NCBI GenBank assembly: GCA_965649825.1
Contig: OZ287717.1
Span: 75,201 to 139,200 of the forward strand
Direction: 5' to 3'
Origin: Penicillus capitatus
Taxonomy: Eukaryota; Plantae; Chlorophyta
Length of the DNA stretch: 64,000 bases
In this document: positions 26,901 through 39,869 of the stretch, piece after piece
Position numbering within the stretch: the first letter of the stretch is position 1
Layout of the letters: every line of letters begins with the position of its first letter
Notes under the pieces: generated by a model
Databases searched by the model: none
Seen by the model: only the letters and a program-made list of their open reading frames with translations
Told to the model about the DNA's origin: nothing
Position numbers and translations under genes: made by a program

Positions 26901-27420
26901 ATCTCCTAGTGATGAAGGGTCCAGATGGGATCCGTACCGACGGGTGAAAAAGCGATCCGAATGTGCGTCACTAGTGCGATCAGACACGTCCATTTCTGAG
27001 GGATGGACAAGAAAATGCCTTAGAGAGGCGCCGTTTCTACACCTCGTCTGTGACCTGCAGAAGATACCACTCGTGAAACCACCTGTCCCATACTCTCTCA
27101 ATTGACAGGATAGACATGACGTCTGTGTTCTGGGTCCATTCTGTGATGCAAGCTCCTTTCAAGTAGACGTAAGAAAAAGAGAATGAAAACAGTATGTCTT
27201 GGTCCGTCAACCATGTTCGACGCATGACCGTCTTTCTTCACCGTTCAGTCAAATTGCCGTCACACAAATCTCTCTAGATACCTACTCCATCGTTCTTCTC
27301 GTACAAAACCGCAGTCATCAAATCATGCGTTCAGAAAATGCACAGCATAGTTCCTCGCCAGAGAAAAGGGCAATAATCTAGATCAAGACGTCGCCCGACA
27401 AACAACTTCAGGTTTCATGA

Positions 27421-28738
27421 CTAGTTCCTCTTTGCAGCGATGGCGTTGTAGCCAGAGACCAGCGCCAACGATCCAAAGATGATGAATTTCGTTATCCAGC
27501 CAAACTGTGTCATCAACTCTGTGTTCTGTTCAACGATCACTTTCGTGGCAGCAGCAGCTGCTTTTGAGCTGGCGGCCGCCGCCACTGCCGGTACCGGTGT
27601 GGCGGCTGCGGTCACGCGGGCAAGGTAAAGCCCGTTGCCGATCTTGGCAATAGCCGCCGCGCACAATCCGATGTTCAGCGTCTTGAATGTGGAGAATCCG
27701 AGACGACCTCTGTCAGCTGCGTCCTTCAAAGTGAAACAGACGATCGATATCAAGAACATCTTGCATGCCACGCATCGAATGAAAAAATATGAAAAGGAAT
27801 CAGCACCGGGTGCCAGTATAGCAGACGCCATTGTGCTAGGAGAAATGCAGGCACAGACAGCAACGATCATGGTCACCACGGTGAGCAGGGAATAGAAGAC
27901 AGCATTGAGATTGTCTGGCTGGAAGACAGAACTGATTCCGGATAACACGCCAGGAATGATATCCGAAAGAGTGCTCGTGCCATACAGCTTCAAGAAAGCG
28001 ACGGTTGGCATCAGCTGCATGATCGAAGAGATCCACGTTCCGAGATTCGGCGGCGCCAATCCGTGAGCTGATATGTAAAAGAGTTTGAAGCCCATGATGC
28101 CCAAAGTCGAGAGAGCAAGAGTGAAGGCCAATCGTTTATACGTTGGCGAGTCCAATCGATTCGCCGCCACGGCAGACTACGAGCAGAATATTGGGTATCG
28201 ACTTAGCTAGGAGGCACCTGACCTGCATGCAGTAGGCTACGGAAGATGCGACGAGTAACATCGATGCGCCCGAACGATACAGCAGATCGGCGATGGGCAT
28301 CGGTGTGACGCCAAGAATCCTTTCAATCACCTTCGGGGCAGCGACAAAGACCATGACATTGAGCACAAGCGTAAGAGCGGTGAAGAGCTGATAGTTTCCA
28401 CGACCCAATGTATAGTCTACGGAGCCAAGCGTCTCCTTGAGAGACCGTAACAGAGTTAGGTGTATGCCGTACCGACAAAGCTACTCGAGCCTGACGCATC
28501 CTCCGAAGACTGCGCTTCTGCCGCGCAGATGAAGTCCTCTCGGTGAACGGAAGGATGCAGTGGAAAGGGCATGTAGGAAACGGAAGGACGCATCGGTCTT
28601 GCCGGCAAGGCGGTTCGTGGAAAACAGCCGGCGGTGTTTCCTAATGTACAACAGTCATACGTCTTCCCCTTTTTCGACAGGAATGCTCTTACTCGGAACA
28701 GCCATTGCGGCTTTTGTCGTATTCACGGACAACAGCAT
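27421..28738 (-). CDS. Uncharacterised multi-pass membrane protein with predicted plastid transit peptide, paralog 1
   Basis: Spliced model MLLSVNTTKAAMAVP|RNTAGCFPRTALPARPMRPS (Arg/Ala/Ser-rich leader)...|YTLGRGNYQLF...CMQ|SAVAANRLDSPTYKRL...DAADRGRLGFSTFKTLN...AAKRN*. Several hydrophobic helices. Confidence 0.75.
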
Positions 28739-28963
28739 CTTTGCTGTGGATTTCTAGAGAGAGGCAGGTGTTTCGGAAGAGACAGTCGATGATGAACCAG
28801 ATCTCTGCGTTAGATCCTTATCATCCGTCACATCGCCAAACGCGTCAGACGGCTGAAATGACGGCCGTTGCTGTGCGTCAACACGAAGAGACAGTTCGAT
28901 CTTGTGAACAGCGACGCCGAAATGGAGGCTGGTTTGTGTAAACGACAGACTCTCGTCTTTTCT

Positions 28964-29800
28964 TTAATAATGTTCACCGGCACCCCATCTAGATACAGCA
29001 CTGAATGTCCAACGTCTGATCTCCTGTAAGTCCCTTTCATAACTGACGTCGATTGTGTGGTGGACTTTCATCCACATCTTCACAGTCTTTGGGAATAAAG
29101 ATACGAAAATGATAGGTAGCGAACAAGCACTCCATAAATTGTCATAAGATTCAAGCCTCCCAAGCCGCACAGTATGTCCGTCTGCATTGCACGACAGATC
29201 TATGCTTAATACGCACCGAAGTGGAATGCGCACATTCATACACCACTAAACTCCTTTCTTCATTCATTTCACATCGACGTGGTTGCATTCCCGAATCGTT
29301 TAAGTAGAACAACGGATTGACGCCGCACTGACAGGGCTCGACCATCGGAGACGCGTCCTTGAGATAAGAGGCCAACGCATCGTACAACGGATTGGTGGCA
29401 AAGTAGCCATCAACTGGAGAAACACACATCCCTGGAAGCAGATCTGAGGATATCGAGAGATACTACTGGTGATGGTGGCGGTGGCATCGCACAACGCCCA
29501 TTCCCTCTCCTTCGCCTCCCTCTTAAAATCAAGAGATCAGTAAAGCAGCAGCACTCAATGTATGGCGGCTGCTGTACCTTTGGTGTCCTCCTCTTGAGAT
29601 CGGGCTTTGCAACAGCCCTTAGACAACCGAAAGCGAAGAACACTGTTCCGGCGCCGATCACCACGAACAGCCGCATGGCGAGATCTGTTGATGTGTGTTC
29701 TCAAGCAAGTGTAGCGACGAAGGCAATGCGATGGGCCCCAATGGTGATCGGTCTCCTCTCTCAATCCAATCCGCCAGCGTCGGCGCTCGCACGATCTTAA
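28964..29800 (-). CDS. Possible spliced hypothetical protein
   Basis: Successive open segments with plausible splice signals (...SQEEDTK|; VDGYFATNPLYDALASYLKDASPMV...; DLSCNADGHTVRLG...GEHY*). No recognisable family; model not closed. Confidence 0.3.
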
Positions 29801-29960
29801 CGACGACGATTCCTTAACGCATACGTTTGCGGCGAGAGAATGCGAAAACGCGAAGACCGTCAAAAAAACGCGACAGTAGATGGCGACGGTTTGACTCATT
29901 GCCAAACGACAAGAGACGTTTTAACAAAGCCCTTTCGGACGCGATGACTGTCCGTTCGTT

Positions 29961-31492
29961 CTATCTATTGCAGACACGCTTTGTGACGCTGACAATGTCT
30001 TCGACCTGAGGAAGCGCCATGCGTTCGAGATTGGCAGCGAATGGCATCGGGATGTCACACCCAGTCACACGTTCCACTGGACTGTCCAACTCATCAAAGC
30101 ACGCTTCCATAAGATAAGCCGAGATCTGAAACCACACCCACGCACACTCTACTCGAGATGCGACACAACAAGTGACCCGCACCTCGGCACCGATGCCGCA
30201 TGTCGGCCATCCTTCTTCGACCGTAATGGCTCGATGTGTTTTCTTGACGGAGGACACGAGGGCGGAGTGGTCGAACGGACGAAGCGACCGGAGATTGATG
30301 ACCTGTCACATCACAAGCACTCCCTTCCCGCCGCCCATTGGTCGTAGGAGATGGCACACCTCGCAGCTGATTCCCTCCTGTGCCAGGAGTTCTGCTGCTT
30401 GCACGTTGTAGCCAACCATCTTGCCAAATCCAATCAATGTCACATCCGTCCCCTCTCGCATGATCTTGGCTTTGTCCAACGGCAGTGTAAAATCAGGATC
30501 CAGCACATTCTGTGCCACGGGGAACTTCTGTCCATACAGGATCTCGTTTTCGAGAAAGACGACGGGATCTGGATCGCGAACAGCTGCCTTGAGCAGCCCG
30601 CGACTATCTTCCGAGTCATACGGTGCGACAACCTTGAAGAAAAGAAGAGGGCCGCCGTTATCGCATCGTTCATCCACTCGATACCGTCTGAGAGACAGGA
30701 GGAAAGCGCGAGGGTACCTTTAGTCCTGGAACAGAACAGTACCAGGCAGCAAAGCACTGGGAGTGTTGAGCAGCGACGCCGGCGGCTGCGCCGTTTGGTC
30801 CTCGAAAGACGATGGGACAATGAATCTGCCCAGCCGACATATACAGTGTCTTGGCCGCCGAGTTGACGATCTGGTCGATGGCCTGCATCGAAAAATTAAA
30901 CGTCATAAATTCCACAATGGGTTTCAGGCCAGAGAACGCAGCTCCCACGCCAATTCCCGTAAACCCAGCCTACACAACCCCTGTCAAACAAGTCCATAAC
31001 CGTCTTTGCGAGATGGACCTCAGTAATGGGTGTATCTTTGACACGCTGCGGGCCATACTTCTTCAGTAACCCAGCTGTGATCTGACCACGACGATGAACA
31101 TCGATTGCACTCCTGAGCGCCACCAGAGCCTGTGATGCTCACCTTGTAGGCTCCGTTGTATTCTGCCACCTATGCAGGCAACACACACGGTGGGTGTATT
31201 CGGAATACTCGGACAGAGGCTGACCTCTTCGCCCATGATGAACACGTCTTTGTCTCTGGCGAGTTCTTCATCGAGGGCAGAGTTCAAAGCTTCTCTCACG
31301 GTGAGCTGCTCAGACAGAAGGATTCCGTCAGTCCATGATTCCACTTTTCGATGCAGAAACCTCCGTGGTGGCAACGGAACGGGTGGCGATCTTCGATACA
31401 TCCGCCCAGCGACCCAGAACCTTAAACGAGAGTGAATACGGGCAGAATCGGAGGACATGGAGTACTTGGCCGAGTCTCGTGAGAGAGCGCAT
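29961..31492 (-). CDS. PDHB: Pyruvate dehydrogenase E1 beta subunit, mitochondrial type (8 exons)
   Basis: [94 protein letters not shown] introns join all segments; short N-terminal presequence. Confidence 0.97.
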
Positions 31493-32155
31493 GGTGACGG
31501 AAGGCAAATAAATGCAGAACAGTCGTAATGATGGCCTTAAGGTCAAATCATGGCATTCGATGGTCAATCGATTGGCATTGAACAGTCAGCGCGCTGCGCG
31601 ACGAGATCGTGGAAATGGAAAGGATGTATCGTGCCTCGAAAGGAACGCCGCCGCCGCCGGCTCTACCCCTCGCGTCGCTTCCTCTGCCTCTTTCTGTCGA
31701 TGCCCTCGCTTCCTTGCTTCATCTCCTGATCCGATGGATTCCACCAATGGCGGTGATGGACAGCCTTACCACATGACGCCTCGCTGACGCATGCCTCCGT
31801 TCGGTTTCTCTATTTAGGAACAGGGGAAGAGCCGCAGGCGCCGACGTGGGGTTTGATGACGGGTTGGCGAATGATTGCACAAGATGTGATCAACGATCTG
31901 GATGGAGACAACGAAGCATCCATACGCAGCGAAGGCATGCATGCATCGATGACGTGACAGGCCTAGCGAAAAGGGTCTATCTATGTGCTGCAGTGAATCG
32001 CACAACCAACACCGAAGCAGACGATTCCGTTGAGGATACTCTGCGAGCCATGCAGTCGAGTCGCTTGAAATCTGTCACCGCGAAGAGCGGGTGCGAATGC
32101 GGTAGGCTCTTTCTACAGGTCTGTGACGCGTGTAGCGTGCAGGGAGAATTTCTAT

Positions 32156-34085
32156 ATGGACTACCAGATGATGGAAGAAATCGGCAGCGGTGCGTTTGGC
32201 ACAGCCATCAAGGCAAAACGCCGCTCGGATCAGGAAACAGTCGTCGTCAAGGAACTCATCGGCCGAAAGATGACAGCCAAAGACATCCAAGAGGTACAGC
32301 AGCACTTTTCCATACCATGGACAGCGAAGCATGTCTTGCGATCCGTGGCAGGCCCAGAACGAAGTGAAAGTACTGGCGCATTTGCACCACCCTAACATCG
32401 TTCGCTACTACGATTTCTACAGCGGCAGTGGGAGAATGCACATTGTTATGGAATTCTGTGAAGTACCTGCCGGCCGCACTCTGTTAGACACCACCACGAA
32501 CACAAGTGGATTGGACAGGAAGGCGATTTGAGTTCGTATCTGAAATCGAGAGATGGCCAACTGCTGGAAGAGAATGAGATTATGATGAAATTTGTACAGG
32601 TCTGCTTGGCATTAGACCACACGCACAGTCAGGTAGGTCATCGGAGACGGTTATGGTGGCAGTCGTCCGCAGGGTTCTGCGTTTAGGGAATACTCCATCG
32701 CGATCTCAAAACGCAGAACGTCTTTCTGTCAGCTCACGGTATTCTGAAGCTTGGCGATTTCGGCATTTCGAGGATCATGGAAGGAGAACAGTCAATGGCA
32801 CGATCTATGGTCGGCACACCGTACTACCTATCGCCAGAGATCTGTGAGGTGACAGATGAGGGACGCCCTTTGCAGGAAGACAATCTCTGTGCCTGCAGGA
32901 CAAGCCTTACGGTCCAAAGAGCGATGTCTGGTCACTCGGTTGTGTCCTGTATGAATTGTGTATGCTGAAACACGCCTTTGAAGGACAGTCGCTGCCAGTA
33001 CTGATTCTGAAGATTCTCAGGTGGACAGCTTCCGTCAATATCTCAGTGGTTATAGATGTCTTGCATGGCTGGACAGTGGAACGGTGCCAGAGATTCCATC
33101 CAAATACAGCACGCACTTGACTGCCCTCGTCAAGCGACTGCTGTCTAAGAATCCCGACCAGCGTCCATCGATCGCCGAGATCCTCAACTTTGACTACGTC
33201 AGGTCCGGAAACAAAGAAAACGAACACAGTGGTCAAACCACAGCCCTTTGTATGCAGGACCCATTTGCAGCACTACGGTGCCCATATCCACTACACAGTC
33301 GTCCGAAGGAGAGAGTCTTTCCAGCGATCGCTCGAGCCCTTCGAGCTGCCATCTCCGGCAGATCACGAGATCGGGATGATGCGACATCGCAGATCGACTG
33401 AGCAGTCTCTCACTGGAGCCATCCATCGAAAGAGCCGTCCCTTTGGCGTCGACCAACAAGAATTGGATCAATGGGTCGAGATCGAAGATGACACGACGTT
33501 TGAGATCGCCCCTTACCGATACTACACTCAGGCAGCCTCTTCCGCCCTCCTGGCGGAGATCAAGATTCGTTATCTCTATGCCGTTTCAGGCGGAGGACGT
33601 TTTTCTCAACAAACTGAATCTGAGATCGGTACAGACGGAGTCATTTCCGCTGCCAGAGACACCCCTTGCCGCAGAGTTCAGTGCCAACATCGCCAAGATC
33701 ACGGCATTCAAGCGCAAAGTCTTTGGAGATGCGGCCCGAGGAAGGCACCGACCGTCATCGCATCATCGTCCACGCGTTTCTAAGGGCAAGGAAGTCATGG
33801 CCCCTGTGTTCGAATACGTGTCGGATGAGGAGCACCACGAAATGGTGTTTATTGAATCTGAGGAGGAGAGCGACACAGACACGGTGGAAAACATGAAGTG
33901 CGACCGACATACGCAGTCCTCTTTCTGTATGGCCATATCTGTGCCGCAGGGATATGGCTCAAGGCTTGACCAGCGTCGTTTCGCAGATTCAGAACATCAT
34001 GAAAGCACCTTCTGTCCAGATCGGAGCCTCGTGGCTGAACGAAGTGGACCTGCTTCCGCCCTTAGACAATCACCAAGAAGAGTAG
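32156..34085 (+). CDS. NIMA-related (NEK) Ser/Thr kinase with C-terminal tail (~9 exons)
   Basis: [81 protein letters not shown]. The HRDLKxQNVFL/GTPYYLSPE combination is NEK-typical. Confidence 0.93.
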
Positions 34086-34276
34086 AGAGGCCAGCTGTTC
34101 TCACAAAAGCCTGCGCCTGATCGCTGCAAACACTTCTCTGTCATGACAGATTGTTTTAAGAAGACCCTTAAAGCTGTGGCACAGCTGTTCTTTGTCACAA
34201 AAGAAATGTCTTAGGTGTAGAGAAAGGGTTTTATGTTCTGCATCTCCTTGGCTCTATCATACGTTTCTCGGACATT

Positions 34277-36105
34277 CTATCGCCTGTCTACTAAGTATTG
34301 AGATGCTCGATGACCTGTCTTTCCTAAGGGGGCGGCAGACTGATCGGAATCTGTCGTGTTGAGCGCCGCTTCCCTCGATCTAACAGGAATAGCCGAATGC
34401 GGTCTCTGCCAGAAACACACGCATTGAGATCCCAGAGCGCTAAGTGTGGCAGGGCAGTCATGACGCACGGGTCGGAGTTTACGTCGGCCTCCTGTAATAA
34501 TCTCATGCTGTCTCCCCACACTCGTCCTCCGCCTCTCACTCTGAAGCTCTCTATTCACAATCTCGACTCTCTCTTTCAGGTGCGATGTCTCTCTGGCGTC
34601 AGCGTTTGTCTGTCCGTGCAGGAAGGGTCCCACATTCAGCCAGCCATCATCGAGTGAACATCTATCGCACTTTAAAAGACGGAACACGTTTGCCGAGTTT
34701 TCGATTCTCCTCCTTCAATGCAGTGTTCTCTCGTCTCAGTTCGATGCATCGCATGTCACTCTTTTTCAACTGAGTCAGTCACACATGTGTACATAACGCC
34801 AAGATGCGCCGAATCTGGGCCCACTTTAGCAATGTCTTTGGCGTGCAGGAGCTTCATCTGCTGCATCTCTTTCTCAAGCATCCCTCTTCTCTCCTCTTCC
34901 CCTTTGCACTGCTCTAAGCTCTCTTCCAGTCGAAGTCGCTTCTCTTCTGAACGCTGCAAAGACGTAACAGTCCCATCGCCGTCGGAGATCGATCTATACC
35001 TGCAGTTCTGCCAGCAGTGTCCGGTACTTCTCTTCCATCTCTTTTGCCAGCTGCATGCTCATGCCTTTCAACACATCCCGTCCACGTTTCGTTTCACTCA
35101 GCCTGACCACAAACGCATCCCCCTTTGTCAAATCCCTTCCCCTTTCTGAGATACTGTTGCTTGGTTGTCACGTGGTACTGCCTCTCAGATTCCAGCGTCT
35201 GAGCCAGACAGGCGGCATGCTCTTTCAATGCCTCAATCTTGGACACGTACGCTCTTTCTCTCTGTGATCGAACATTGCTAGAATCCTGCTCTGCTTCGAT
35301 CTTGAGACATCCTACGGACCATTCTGGCTCATCCGATCCACGACACGCATCTCCCATCAGACCTTGGACTGCCAAAGCTGTTCCAGATGTGCATGGAGTG
35401 CACCCACGACCACCAGAATGCTCTCTTCTCTCAACGCACTCTTCTCCAACGCGATCTGATCCGCCGCGAGATGCTCCCGCTGCACGTGACACTGAAAAAC
35501 AGCCACTCTTGTGAGATCCGCAGATATCTGCTGGTCGCGACCCTCATCTTCACAAACAGCTCTCGAACGGCATCCTCGACGGCGTCGTTCGTCTGGAGTC
35601 GATGTAGCAATGCCTTTTGATCCTTGCAGTACTTTGCCATCTGCAGCTCCAGCCATTCAATCTCTCTCGCATGCGTCTCTTCTGATTGTTGGCCAACAGC
35701 CATACATAAACTCAGTTCATGCTCCAGGAGCTTCGATCTATCGCAATGCCAACGATTATGACGCCGCATGATCGCATGGGATCGACCAGATTCCACCTTT
35801 GCCTCTCCTCGTGCAACAGAGCTGTCACATCGTCATCATCCTCCCTCCTCTTCTCCCTTTCTACGCAGCATCATGCATCGCGCCATTCCCTTATCCCAAT
35901 GATCCCCGAAGCACGTCGCCGTGTTGGAGACGGGGGACGGCACGCGGATGTTCTGTTGGGAAGGATCGATGGCCGCCTCGCCGACCACGTCATGTCGCGC
36001 CGTCCGCGTGAGCGATCCTGCTCGATCTTCGATTTGACACCGGACGTCATTGTCGTTACTTTGATGGGACGATTCTGGAATACGACACGACAGCCACCTT
36101 CCCAT
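34277..36105 (-). CDS. Multi-exon coiled-coil protein of unknown function
   Basis: E/K/R/Q-rich segments (EREKRREDDDDVTALLHEERQR | SKLLEHELSLCMA...; RLEESLEQCKGEEERRGMLEKEMQQMK) separated by short GT-AG introns. Ends approximate. Confidence 0.55.
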
Positions 36106-36216
36106 TGCTGCTCGCCATGCGAAACTCTGTCAAAATAGATCACGTCGAGAAGAGGTGCCGCAACTCTCGGCCGACAACAGATCTCGACGCGACGCCTGGT
36201 CGACAGGGAGCTGACG

Positions 36217-39200
36217 ATGGCACTGGATGAAAGTGTCCCTCTCTCATCCTCATATCTCCAAGCATCGACGATGCCTCCGTTCAAAGAGAAGGACAAAGAG
36301 ACATTCTATCTGACTGTCGTCTCTTTTGACGCCGTCTCTGCCGAGGGCGCGTCACGAATGGTATCGAGGGACGATGGCATCGAGAAATGGAGTGCTCATA
36401 TGGTGTGATGGTCGGCAGAGTGGAGATGTGCTCGATCTCCCCGAAGACTGTCCTTCGTGTTTCGGAATGCTGACGCTGCGCGAGATCCCTGAGGATGCCT
36501 TGGCGTCTTTTGACATGAAACTGAATCGGCAGGACATTCGTGTATCGTTCAGGTGCAAGCGAGCCCACAACCAATGTCGCCTCGCGTGACTACCGATGGC
36601 TTTGTGTTAGAAACTACGGCGCGGCGTTACTGAATCGCACGGAGTACAGGAATCTGAGATGGTTTCATTTTGCTGCGACGGAGAACGTGATGCTGAAAGG
36701 ATGTCTTCTGAACACCGTCTCCTCATCCGAGAACAGACACCTGTTCAAATCGCTGATGGATGATCTCACTGTGTTTATGCAACCAAGTGCGCCGCCATCT
36801 GCATCGCTCGACACACAGGCTTCCTGCACACGCGTGTCTGTCTTCAGGCGAGAAGGAATCGTGGTATCTCATTGTTCCCTTGACAGAAACTGCCGCCGCT
36901 TGCTTTGTCCGACAAGGGAAGCGTCTCCTTGGCAGTAATCCGACGCCGACGTCACATCATGCATGGATGCATGCTTCTGTCTGCAGTGATCTGCCAGGAA
37001 AGGGCGTTGCAAGCAGTGGCTGCGCTTCGCAACTTCGCCAGACCTGGTGTGACACAAGCCTCCCTGGATGATCCGTCCTCCGTCTTCTTATCGTCCTACA
37101 ACGATGCGGACTATGTGATCCACTCTCCGCAGCGACGTGCAAGGTATGGCCTCCTCCACAGATGCATCCAGGATGCCTCTCTCGTGTTCCCTCAGATTTT
37201 CGGATTCTTTTCCGAAGAGAAGAAGCAGAAAAGCGGATCGACAGTTCTCCACCTATGCCGAGTACTTTACGACCAAGCTGGGCTTACCTGATCTCGATCT
37301 CGATCAACAGCTCATCGGCGCACAGAGACCTGCAAAGGTGCTTCCTTAAGCGATCCTTCCCGCAGCCTCAACCGTACTCTGTGCTTTCGCACAACAGCTT
37401 CCGGTTCTCAGAAGCGCCCGTGCACTTCTCGATCCACAAGCCCTGGAGTTGCGCCATCCGGCACACACGGTAACACCCTCTGCATGATTTCTGCGTGGTT
37501 GCCACGTGTCTGTGTCGACAGAACGGGGATCACTGTGCCTTCGTTGTTCCATCTTTGCTTCTTCTGCATCCATTAACTGCCAAGACGATTCGGGCTGCTC
37601 CTGTGTACTATGCCACCTGCTGGATGTTCGAATCTCAGCTGCGAGTGGCCGAATTGCGTGACACCTTGACAACAACACCCAAGCAAGCAACGGAACACCC
37701 GACAGAGGACCCAACGTCAGCAGATATCCACCACGCATAGACACCATCACTGTTCGTGGACTTTGGCAGTGCGTCCTGTCCTCAAGTGGATATGGCCCTT
37801 CTCTTTGAAGCGGTGACATTCAAAGGCCTCGTGGAAAGAAGACACTGCGAGAAACTCGAATTCATGGGTCGAGTGCAATACCCGTTCTCTATCGATCGAT
37901 CTCTTTGGTTCTGTGCCGTAGGTGATATGATTCTGAAAGTCATTGCAACGTTGTACACCTGCCTGACATCTCCGGAGAATTCCGATACGCTCATCGAAAC
38001 CCGATACAGTTTCCTCTCCAATGCTGCCCTGGCCAGACGATGTGTATCGACCCATCTTCACAAGTACTGGCCTTAGATTCGTGGCACGCCAGAAATGCAT
38101 TGGCGTTGCAGATATATCCGACACGTGCGACTTGGAAACGATGCCTGGTGCCCTCCAGGGACATCTGCCATCAAGGACTTCTGCAGCAGGTATGAGATTC
38201 TGTGGCATGAGGAAGAGTGGAAGCCCGAGAAAGTCGAGACCCACAGTACCCTGGGCGCCCTTGATCCTAATGATCTCACACAGCTGTTGCAGATTTCAAG
38301 CTGCTGGCAGACGTTATCGAGGCCATTATCGGCGCCTTCTACATGAGTAGTGGCCTCGAGGGGGCTGTCTACAGCATCCACCGTCTGGGCGTTGCTCCTG
38401 TGCATAACCTATACCGAGCCATTCGTACGCACGACCCCTCTGCTGGTCCACAGCATCCAACGCGGTCTGTGTTAGAACGTCATGGAGAAGATGCTTGGCT
38501 AACGAGGGCATTGATGGACGCATGCTCTTCTGCTGACAAAGCAACGAGCCTATCCACCAACACCACACCCCATCTCCCCATCGATGCGTCCCTTGAAGAT
38601 GACATCGCCGGTGCATGAGACATGGTCCTCCTAGGCAGCCGCCCTCATAGATCCCTCGTGTCTGTAGCCATTGAAAGAGTGATAGGTTACACATTTAAAG
38701 ACAAGTCGCTGGTGGCCATGAGCATGAAGAGAAAACAGGAGGCCATCAACGGCAGTCTCTTCAATTGGGAACGTATGGCGTTCCTTGGCGATGCGCTCAT
38801 CGATTTCCTGATCACGTGGCAGCTCCACGAGAGGAAAGCCACAGAAAGCGTTGGTGCGTTCTCTTCCACGGCATTCCTTTTCCCTCGGTCCTCTCCTCAG
38901 GCGAATGGACCAGTTGGAAGCAGAAACGGTACAATCAGGAACGCATCTGCCAGCTCTGTATCTCCCTCGGTCTCCATCGACACCTGCGTTATCCCAACAA
39001 GACCATCCATGAACAGATTCAAGAGTACATTGGACAGGTGTGAGATGTCACTCTTTTCTGCTGTCTAAGGTGTGCTTCTGGCAGCTGAGTCTCTCTTCCG
39101 ATGCGTCGATTTATGGAGAGGGAATGGAGGGGACACCCGTTTTACTGCATTTTTCATTTCAGTGTCTCGTCACATCGACTTTTCTAGACAACGGTGGCAG

Positions 39201-39869
39201 TCTGGCACAACTCCGGAAGATCTGGGACCCGTTGATGGAACCTCTGTACACTACGGAAGGCGATCAGCCGATAAATCCCGTTCACCTCCTCATCGACCAC
39301 TGCCAGGTCCTGTTCATCATCGCCTCGAATACCACGCCACTCCTTTTCTCTTTCCACGGATACAGAAACAGAAAAGGACGCTGCAGTTTAAGTACAGAGA
39401 GGACAGTGAAGAGGTCGATGCGGATAAGAGCCCTACAGAGAGGGAAGATGTGACAGAAAAGGATGTAGAGGCGTCATCCCCGTTGCCGTTCTGGAACGTC
39501 GCTGAAGACAAGATTCCGTATGACGATGACATCTGCCAGGGGCGTCGACTGAAAGAACTGTCCATCTGTGAGCATCCTTGTCGCCTTTTTACAGCGATCT
39601 CCATTTCGGCTGCTGTAGATCGTCATTGCGCCGCCTTCAGTTGCACAGACGACAGCGCAGATGAGAAGGGAGATGGCGACACGATGTGCCTCCCGATCAA
39701 CGACGCGCATGTCTATGTCAATGCGATCATCGATGGAAACTGCGTTGCAACAGGGATGGCCAGATCCGAGAGATTGGCCAGAAGAAGAGCCGCCAGTCTT
39801 GCATTGAGAGTACTGGGTGTCGCCGCTGAGGATATCCACACAGACTCGGTCGATCCACACAGCACTTGA
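36217..39869 (+). CDS. DCL: Dicer-like protein: Platform-PAZ-RNase IIIa-RNase IIIb(degenerate)-dsRBD, no helicase/DUF283
   Basis: Platform-like FYLTVV...PEDCPSCFGMLT; PAZ-like TYAEYFTTKLGLPDLDLDQQLI; RIIIa EKLEFMG|DMILK and LLADVIEAIIGAFY; RIIIb IERVIGYTFKDKSL...WERMAFLGDALIDFLIT...FLDNGG...PINPVHLL; dsRBD end ATGMARSERLARRRAASLALRVL; TGA 39867-39869. Confidence 0.9.
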
